DNA of 60,057 nt, the filler included, from Bipalium vagum (lineage: Eukaryota), in NCBI GenBank assembly GCA_037834085.1. It is 3 parts of 3 records of this genome, joined end to end, with 100 filler letters (N's around TTAATTAATTAA, not from the genome) between each part and the next. Parts side by side here need not be neighbours in the genome. Positions count along the whole stretch, not along the records: positions 35,374 to 60,057 come from JBBMKC010199164.1; 2 more parts are not named here. The stretch is one strand, 5' to 3'. Each line of letters begins with the position of its first letter. The stretch's first letter is position 1. The position numbers and the translations under genes were made by a program. The notes under the pieces are model-generated. The model worked only from the letters and a program-made list of their open reading frames with translations, was not told the DNA's origin and did no database searches. This document shows, in pieces, positions 52,001 to 60,057 of the stretch.

Positions 52001-55000
52001 ATCACGATGCGCTATCGGGGAATCCTCATGATCAGAGAAGCAGTGCAAATGACGCAGTCCACCAGCGATATCTTGACAAATTTTAAGAAGAGTTGTCCAT
52101 GAAACAGTGTTATTCTTTAGGTACTCCCATAAACTCCCTAACGGGTGATATTCTACTACCAGCCATAATTCTAAATTCGAGTTTTGGTCGACCTAGACGT
52201 TTTACAAGATACTTATTATGAAGTTAGGAGGTTAGTTGAAAATATATAATGTTTTATCGTAATTGCATTAATTTTTTATAATTTTGATGAAGTTTTAAAC
52301 AAATTTAAATTTATATAAAATATTTTTAATTGTGCTTAATCTTAGGTAACCAATAAAGTTCGCGCGGTTTTCCTGATACATCCTATAATGATGTTTTTTG
52401 ATATGTATTGTTTATATTCTGTTAATTGGTTTAGGTAATATTTTTTCTTTGAATTGATTATAAAAATTTAGAAATACATGCTTAAAACGTTCAATTACAT
52501 AAATCAAAATGTAAAAAATGTAAATAAAAAAGTACTAATTCCAAGTTCCTTACTCTCATATTACAATCTTGGAACTAAAATATCGAAACTGTGCGAAGGA
52601 CGAAAGATATTTATGACTTTTGGATATGATGCTATAAGCAATCGGATAGTACAGAAGTGGTTTCAGAAATCTTTCTCGGGGTGTTTACGGTTAACCGAAA
52701 AAAGCACATTCTCGAAGACAATAGGTCATTGATAACGACAATCTCAAAGAGATGGTGTAGGAAAATTCCAGTACCACTGAGAACATGCAGTAAAGTTCAG
52801 TTCGAGCGATAAAACAATTCAAGAGCTGAAGAAGAAAAAGGGTATTAATCAAATGGGTTCTACATGATTTAACAGAATCCATCAAAATAAATCGCTTTTT
52901 CATGTTTTCAACAAACTTCCCAAGATATCAAATTAAGTCCTTTCTAGATCGATTGTTAACCTGCGATGATTATCTCAATGATTAATATTGTATTTGTGTT
53001 TTTTAATAAATCTTTATATCTTTTTTTATTAAAAATCTCACAAAAGTACCTAATAATTGTAATTTTCTTAAAGTAAAATGTTATAGGAAGAAAAAATATA
53101 TTGCAAAGAAATAAGAAAATTTGATTTTTCATAATATTAATGATTTTCAAAAACCTTTAAACTACTTCAATTAATTCTCAAAATTTTTTATTTTATTAAT
53201 TTCTTTTTGATTCATAAAAAATTTGATTTCCTATGAGTATCAAGAGAATATAATAAAAACATTCAGATTCCTTTTCCTCATTAAAATGGGTTTAGAACAA
53301 AGTACATAAATTATATTAAAAATCAAAATTGAAGATTTTCTTAAAACCAGCACCAAGGATCGCTTAATATCCTACGTCAAAGTAAGTAATTTGCTATCTT
53401 AAGATATAGTTCACTAGTGTTCCGAACGTTTAAGAAGTCCTTTTATTGGAAGTTTTTACACTTTTTTATTAATATGAAACCATTTCATAACACTTAGATC
53501 GTAAATTTACTGACCCCTTCACTTTTGTCAATAACTGGTTTCAAAATAATTGAATCAAAACGACTACAATAAAAATGTTATTCTATTAACAAAGATACAC
53601 AATGGTGATCACACATTAAAAAATCTCAAATGTAGAAACGTTGACTCCCGCCGCATAAAAACGGGCATAACCATAAATATTAAAAATATAACCAATAAGT
53701 TTTCTTGTAAAATTTTTTTCTTCCGATAAATATCCTTCTGATACAAATGAAATAATAAAACAAAATACTGCTAAATATTTTGTAGCCGTCCATTGAGAAC
53801 TGCTTTTTATACTGATCAGACGACTATTCAGTCTTAGATCAGTATTCTTAATTGGGAATATCAATTCCCTTTATAGTCACTTAGTCATAAATCTGTCCCT
53901 AATTGCGGACCATGATCTAATCTTGACAATTCAATAATCACAGTTGACAAGATTAAATCATTTAATGATAAAAATTATTATTAATTATTCTAGACCTTCA
54001 AAAAATAATTCAAATTGTTAAAGGGATGTGCCCTTGGCTAACCCAACAAATTTAAAAAACATAACTCACTTGAATTTGTTACCAGAACTTATTTTTCTAT
54101 GATTAGAATAGATCCATAAGTTAGAATTCTTACATTTTTCAAAAAATTATTTTTATCTGTTTTTTTATTCTTCGCAACCAACAAAAGTTTCTGTCGATTT
54201 TTGGTCATATTGTCAACGAAACTTAATTCATCATTAACTGTCTACATTTCTCTGTTTTCATTGTTAGAGCTGCTTACTATCACGCCAGGCTTAAAAGCAA
54301 TATGCCAAGTTGATAATTCTCTGACTTACTAAAGAATTCTTGAAAACCTTGAATGATTTCTTTTTAATACAATAAAAATAGGTTGGCCTGATTTTTTTGC
54401 AGACACTAAAATTTTTGTGGATCTTTTCCAATAGTTTTTTCAGTTCTTCAATTTTTGGTAAAGTAATAAAATGATACCTCCAATGTCAAATCCCATTCGC
54501 AGATTTGCCTTTTGACAAAACAATCTGAATTCGTTCATCAACTGAAGGTAGGACAGTCATTGTATGATTAATAGGCTGAATGGATTATTATGCATTTTAT
54601 CCATATAAACAAATTATCAGTTTATTGTTTTAATTATTTGAAAATTGAAATGAATCGAAACACAATGGTTTGATAACGAGGACATTAAACTAATTGGACC
54701 ACTGCCGGGAAACTCGCCTGACCTAAACGTTATGGAAAATATTAAAGTATAAAGTGGCACAACATTATCCATCACTCAGTTGCAAGAAATTTTCAAAACA
54801 GTATGAGATTCATAAATGTCATCATCTCACTTAGATTCTCTAGTCTCTTCAATTCATAAGAGGATACATGCAAGTATTGAATCCAAGGGGCATCATACAA
54901 AGTACTGAATATTTAATATGTAAACACAATCATTTTAAATTCTTGTATGACCATTTATCCTATGTCTGTTTCCTTTTATCTATTCAAAACTATATATAAG

Positions 55001-58000
55001 CTATTTAAACAAAAATTTCAGGTGTTTCATCCTTTATGGCCAATACTTTACGTAACATATACCGTAATAATTAACCTCTATTATAATAAAATGTGGTTTC
55101 TTCTTACATGTATTATATTAAACCATTCTTAAAACCAATATCCTTGGACTAAAAAACCAGATAGATCTTTCAAACATACTGTTAAAATGAAGGTTAAATT
55201 TCAATATAATTATAATTAGATTGGTCATAATTTGATTATAGACCATTTACGTAACATGTATTGGAAGTTCAATAAATATACCTTTTCGGCTCCGTAGAAA
55301 TGTAAAATATTTTCATGGGGCTTTTTTCTCAACATCAAGTATATCATTAATTCATTTTCCCAACTCTTTTTCCCCTCAGTGTTGCAGGAAAATGTTTTTA
55401 TAGCTACATTTTTCTCACCGTTCTGGCCGATGTCATCAATATAACCACACCAGACTTGGCCAAATCGTCCTTTGGCTATTACTCTCTTTTTCGTGCAAAA
55501 CTTGTATAACTAAAAAAACATAATATATTTAAAAACGATATAATATATCACATTTCCCTTGTTAAAATTTTGAATAGAGAAAATATCTTTATCGTTCTCT
55601 ATTTTGACAAAATCATTATTGGAACTATCTATATTGTCATCTTCTTTTATCTCCTTTTGTTTAGACTTGTAGTAATGTTTGCGCCACAAAGCAAACCTTT
55701 TAGAGAAGACTGCCAGGATTAAAGACAAAAAGCTTACGAAGAGAAATATGCATATAATAATCCAGAAAAACGAAATGTTGACTTCCTTTCGATATAACAT
55801 TGGAAACGGAGTTGTGGTTGAAATATCTGAATTTATATTTTTGAAAGAATATAAATATTAATGTATAAATTAGGTATTACAAGAAAACTATAATATATTC
55901 TGTAATATATTCTTACTATAATACATTTAACATATAATGATAGTCACTGTCTTGAACTTTTCGCCCTGTTAACCAAGCGGTTTAAACAAAGTCGTTTTAT
56001 CTGTATAAGATTTTCAAGAAAAGCTAAATCATTGTGGATTTAATTGATTAAAGTTAGTGTTCTTTCCGCATAATCTTCGCCACGTAGCTGGTAAAGCATT
56101 TGAATTTTGTATCGATACAGTTGAAGGTTAGATCCCAATACATTATGTACTGTTTTAAAACTCTGCCATTTCTTTAGCAGAATTTCGAATGATTCCATAT
56201 AAATTTAAAAAATTTTATTAATTTTTTTTATCATCAATTGATGGAATCCCAAAGTTTGGAATATTGCAACCCGTTTTTAAAAAAAATTTGTAAAACTCTT
56301 TTTTCGACTTTTCTGATGTCTTATTGGTGTTGAGGAATTCATCTGAACATTGACAATACGATTTCAAGTCGTTCTTCAATTTACAGCATTATCCGAAATT
56401 GAATTTGATGAATCAAAATATGATTATTTTAAGTTATTAAAACAAACAAAAGCTTATATAAAATTTAATATCACGCATTTCAATCTACTGTTCACTGCTG
56501 AAACGTCATCAAACAAACTAATTTATGAAATAATTGGTTAAAAAGGCTGAAAAAATGATTCTTTTAACAACATGGTGCGCAAGAGAACACAGAACATAAG
56601 ATGATCATACTCAAACTACATTAAGAAGATTGTAAATAGTTTTTCCAGCTTGGTGAGATTTCAGAGGAGTAATCTACTATAATCTACGGTCAACTGTCAC
56701 AACGATCACTTTGAATGTGCGCTGCCTTCAATTAAGTACATTAAGCCAGGCAATCCAAAAAAAGCATCCAAAAATATCAAACCGTCAGTGCTAGACCTCA
56801 TACATCATTGGTCACCAAAAACAAATTACCAGAAAAATGGAAGGAGGTAATGAATTAAAATGGGCAATACATAATTTATCAAAATTATTTTCACTTTATT
56901 TTTTCATAAATAAGCGAACGGACTTAATTGCCAATCTAATATAATTTTGGATAATCAAAATAAATAGTTCCACAAAACAAAATGTTCCATAAACCATTAA
57001 ACATTGAAAGGATGTTAATTAAAATTATAATTATTAACACTTAATCAATGGTAAAGATAATAAACGTACTAAACCTCTTATTAATCGATATATTTCAAAA
57101 ATAAATGATTATTCCAAATTAGCAAGTCCTTAATTAATTGAAAAATATATATTAACAAAAAAAAACGAATTTATTTGGAATCTGGAAAATATTCAATGCC
57201 AATATTATTTTTGAGTAATTAATTTTTAATCCTACAGTTTAAGTTAAGATATTTTAATCTTATCGACATTTATCCAAAAAACAATAAAAATTTTAAAAAA
57301 AAATTAAGTGATTATAAAATTCTTTAATAAATCAAGAGACATTTCCAAAACGTTTTTGGAAAACTATAAAAACAATCAAAATGGTTTTTAAGAAACTGCT
57401 ATTGATTGAAATAAATAACACTTTAAAAAAATATTCAGGAAACGTTATTATGAACGTGATATACGGTGATGAAAAAAAAGTATTCGTTCACTGCTTATTA
57501 AAAAAATTTGGCTTTCTGATTTAAAAAACGAAAATATTTATTTGACCAAAATGAAACTTCTTTTAATCATCTAATTTGGTTAATTATAATCAATTTAATT
57601 TTCAAAAAATTAAAAGTAGCACAAAGACTGAATTAAATGAAATGACCGAACACAGAATAGTATAAAACAAAATTAGCTTTCGCGATTTTTAAAAATAACT
57701 GAAACTATCTCATTCTATATGTAATAAAAAAATAAAATCCATTGCAAACGAGAAGAGATAAAAAAACCATTCAAAATAGCTAATTGAGAGTTTGGTGAAA
57801 TCATATTCGGAAATAACATTTGAAACTACAAAACCGTTAATGGAATCAACGTTCAGAAGACTCTAAGCCATAATTAACAATAATGCACGGCATGTAAGGC
57901 ATTGAATACGAAGTTAGTATCGAAAATCCACTTTTTTTCAAAAGTTAAATGTATTAATATTTTTACCAACTTGTTATAAAATATATTTAAGATAAATGAA

Positions 58001-59673
58001 ATTTTTGCTAATTACTTATTTTTCGTCGTTATTTTATTGATTTATGTGAAAACCTAAAATATTAAAATAATCAAAACCTGTTCCAGCGTAAAAAGTGAAG
58101 TGTATGAGTAGTTTTCACCATCACAATACGAATTTTACTAAAATCGGTAATGTTAAATAACAAAAATGTAAAATAGTTTCATATTTATATTTTCTTTTAA
58201 AAATAAATTACATTTAATGAGTCTTAAAATCAATTTTTAAAATATCCATTTAATAAATTAAGAATATCTATAACATTATGAATATTACCATTATTAATTG
58301 ATTAAAATACACAATTCATTTATGTTCGATTAATAATTATTAATTAAACATAAATTAATTTTTTAAAGACATTTTTGCACCGATATTCAACAAGTGTATT
58401 AATGAAATTTAAAATTTTAACAAAATTTAATATTTCTAAAAAAAGCCAAATTTAAAAGTTCATTTAATTCTGTAATATATTAAAATTTTAATAAATAAAT
58501 TATTAATTAATGAAAATAAATTGTTTTCTTCAATGTTGAAAGTATAGAAAATGTACTTTCACTGAAAGATTATGAATAAGGTGATCCTAGTGCCAAACAA
58601 CAAAGTTTTGAACATAATAATACTTTTCCGATAAGCAGGTCTAATCTTCTGTACTTTAACTGTTGATTTTACCATAGATATACGAATATATTTTAGTAAT
58701 TTTGTAAACTAACATAATTCAAGACCTGGCTGATTATTTTTCGTCAAGTCCGTTTGATAAGTGATTAGAGACCAAATTGAGAACATTTCGAAATATGTTC
58801 CCCTTAAATCATTATATATATATATTTCATTATAGGTGCAAAATAATATTAAAAAATGCTGATAAGAACTTTAACATTAATTATAAATTCTCATTAAAAT
58901 GAAAATTAAGTTTTAAATATTTTCCGGTTAAAAAAAATTACTATTTGTAAAAATCAAAATTTTAATAAAACGTGTTTAAATTTATATTTTTTTAAAAAAT
59001 TAATTCTTTAACTTGTCCCAATTTTTTTATATTTAATGAATTTATATTGATTATTTTAAAATATTCTTTAAATTAATTCTTTATTCAATTTTATTTTAAA
59101 CAAATTTAATTTTTCTTTATTATAGAGAAAACAAATGGATTAATCGACTTTTTGTAAGTTTTAAATATGTGTAAATCTTAACCAATAGAAATCACAAATA
59201 ATAATAATAATAAAAATAAAAAAAAAATACATACATTAACATAATATAACAATGAACATTCGTATATTAAGCAAGGAATTTACTTTTTAAAGGATTTTGA
59301 ATCATATTCACTGTATTTACATTACAAAGGTTTCCTTTACAACAACAAGCCGGATTCTTAGTATGTGATCCAATTAAATAACATGTACCAATTGTATGGG
59401 GACATTCTGAATCTTTGATAATATTATTAATGTTTAGTTTTTATTATGTTTTTTTAAATATAAAAATTCCCATAATTAATTTATAATATTGAATTACCAA
59501 TCAATGATGGCCATTCCCAACAGCTTTGAGTAACCCTTTTCCCAACTTTCCCGATCACACAATGTTTCACATCAGACCTACATTCGATTTTACCTGTTTT
59601 ATTATTACAAGAATGATGTGAGGATGCTGTGCAGTAGCACCACATTGAATAAACAGAACGAACAATTGAAATA
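46074..59673 (-). CDS. ACVR2: Activin/TGF-beta type II receptor Ser/Thr kinase (ActRII-like), 7 exons found, signal-peptide exon missing
   Basis: Exons 59673-59498, 59412-59284, 55826-55552, 55509-55282, 52192-51896, 46506-46237 and 46196-46074 splice in one frame. Cys-rich ectodomain ending CCCKGNLCN, TM FFWIIICIFLFVSFLSLILAVF, no GS box, AKGRFGQVW, VAIK, HENILHFYGAEK, HRDIKSKN, DFGLA, GTLYYMAPELLEGSINF, ECWDEDPEAR, short tail. Confidence 0.92.
47460..47775 (+). mobile_element. Mariner transposase C-terminal relic (intronic)
   Basis: LQKLTEL..YSPDLVPTGYHFFKHLDNFL..IENLLTRWDKYIGCNGGYFN*. Confidence 0.8.
47950..48420 (-). mobile_element. Internally deleted mariner (irritans-like) relic
   Basis: RTKIKYLLKKNINGKEIADELSHVF joined to AYSPDLVSSDIFLFGHLKKNLRSKLF. 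Confidence 0.7.
48601..49161 (-). mobile_element. Non-autonomous pogo/Tc2-like element with TIRs and TA TSD
   Basis: Ends CCCTAAAATC... and ...GATTTTAGGG, flanked by TA on both sides; repeated subterminal GCGTGTTATAC; residual transposase C-terminus KWIVESWSLVTKSCIQNGFYKV. Confidence 0.8.
50471..50584 (-). mobile_element. tRNA-Ala-derived 114-bp element with TG...CA ends and 5-bp TSD, copy B
   Basis: Flanked by TCAGG (50466-50470) and TCAGG (50585-50589); the paralogous transposon at ~697-701 has one TCAGG and no insert. Confidence 0.9.
50489..50559 (-). tRNA. tRNA-Ala-like sequence (possible CGC anticodon, non-canonical anticodon arm) inside the mobile element; probably not a functional tRNA
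   Basis: GGGGATGTAGCTCAGCGGTCAGAGCAGTGCATGCGCATGTGAAGGTCCCGGGTTCGAATCCCGGTATCTCC: paired acceptor stem with G3:U70, paired D and T arms, poorly paired anticodon stem. Confidence 0.55.
52342..52975 (+). mobile_element. 5' half of a mariner element
   Basis: TIR-like TTAGGTAACCAATAAAGTTCGCGCGGTTTT; TFGYDAISNRIVQKWFQK, IDNDNLKEMV, KWVLHDLTE, SFLDRLLTCDD. Confidence 0.75.
54660..55050 (+). mobile_element. Tc1 (DD34E) transposase C-terminal relic
   Basis: LPGNSPDLNVMENI and KRIHASIESKGHHTKY*. Confidence 0.75.
56570..56942 (+). mobile_element. Mariner 3' relic with TIR
   Basis: W*DFRGVIYY, KLPEKWKEVMN*NGQYII, then CGGACTTAATTGCCAATCTAATA. Confidence 0.65.
57300..57910 (+). mobile_element. Decayed Tc1/Tc3-like relic
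   Basis: NVIYGDEKK and LMESTFRRL*AIINNNARH motifs. Confidence 0.45.
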
Positions 59674-59850
59674 CTTTAATACAGGTTTTAATTAAGTATA
59701 TACAAACCGAAGTGCTTGGTTCTATTTTCGATTGGCCATTAAAGAAATATCGAATGGTTTAGATTAAATCTTCGATCACAAACTTTTTCAGTCTTTGGAA
59801 GTCAACCAATTATAAAAGCAAAATTAAAAAAATTTATGTCCAATTATTTT

Positions 59851-60057
59851 TTTAATTAATTGATTTTATTTTAGTTAATTGATTATATTTTAATTAATTG
59901 ATTTTATTTTAGTTAATTGATTATATTTTAATTAATTGATTATATTTTAGTTAATTGATTATATTTTAATTAATTGATTATATTTTAGTTAATTGATTAT
60001 ATTTTAATTAATTGATTATATTTTAGTTAATTGATTATATTTTAATTAATTGATTAT
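59851..60057. repeat. 19-bp minisatellite with alternating A/G variants (38-bp higher-order unit)
   Basis: (A/G)TTAATTGATTATATTTTA repeated ~11 times to the window end. Confidence 0.9.

Noticed and set aside
55980-56400. Possible additional minus-strand Tc1/DD41D-like relic
   Set aside because: Only faint motif traces (EERLEIVL, EDYAER); too decayed to call.
59724-59740. ATG at ~59739 as start of the receptor gene
   Set aside because: Followed by TAG after five codons and encodes no signal peptide; the true first exon is probably outside the window.
59851-60057. CRISPR-like or telomeric array
   Set aside because: No unique spacers and not TTAGGG; a simple AT-rich minisatellite in a eukaryote.

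Overview
Very AT-rich eukaryotic (animal) genomic DNA. The tiny 40-55 nt introns, abundant mariner relics and gene content suggest a planarian flatworm (inference). The window is three contigs joined by artificial N44-TTAATTAATTAA-N44 linkers. Four protein-coding genes were reconstructed by hand: (1) a 7-repeat protocadherin whose ectodomain and TM lie in one large exon (+, 10483-13281); (2) the last two exons of a complexin ending in a CaaX box (-, 26943-27252; absent from the ORF track); (3) a complete 5-exon mitochondrial enoyl-CoA hydratase with a 43-nt GC-AG intron (-, 42160-43209); (4) a 5'-incomplete activin type II-like receptor kinase (-, 46074-59673). The rest is AT-rich intron/intergenic DNA with many decayed Tc1/mariner/pogo elements. 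The most notable item is a ~115-bp mobile element present twice (15380-15494 +, 50471-50584 -). It is a tRNA-Ala-like Pol III unit bounded by TG...CA ends and flanked by perfect 5-bp target-site duplications, resembling a tRNA-containing solo LTR rather than a SINE. The empty site for one insertion is visible in a paralogous transposon copy in this window.
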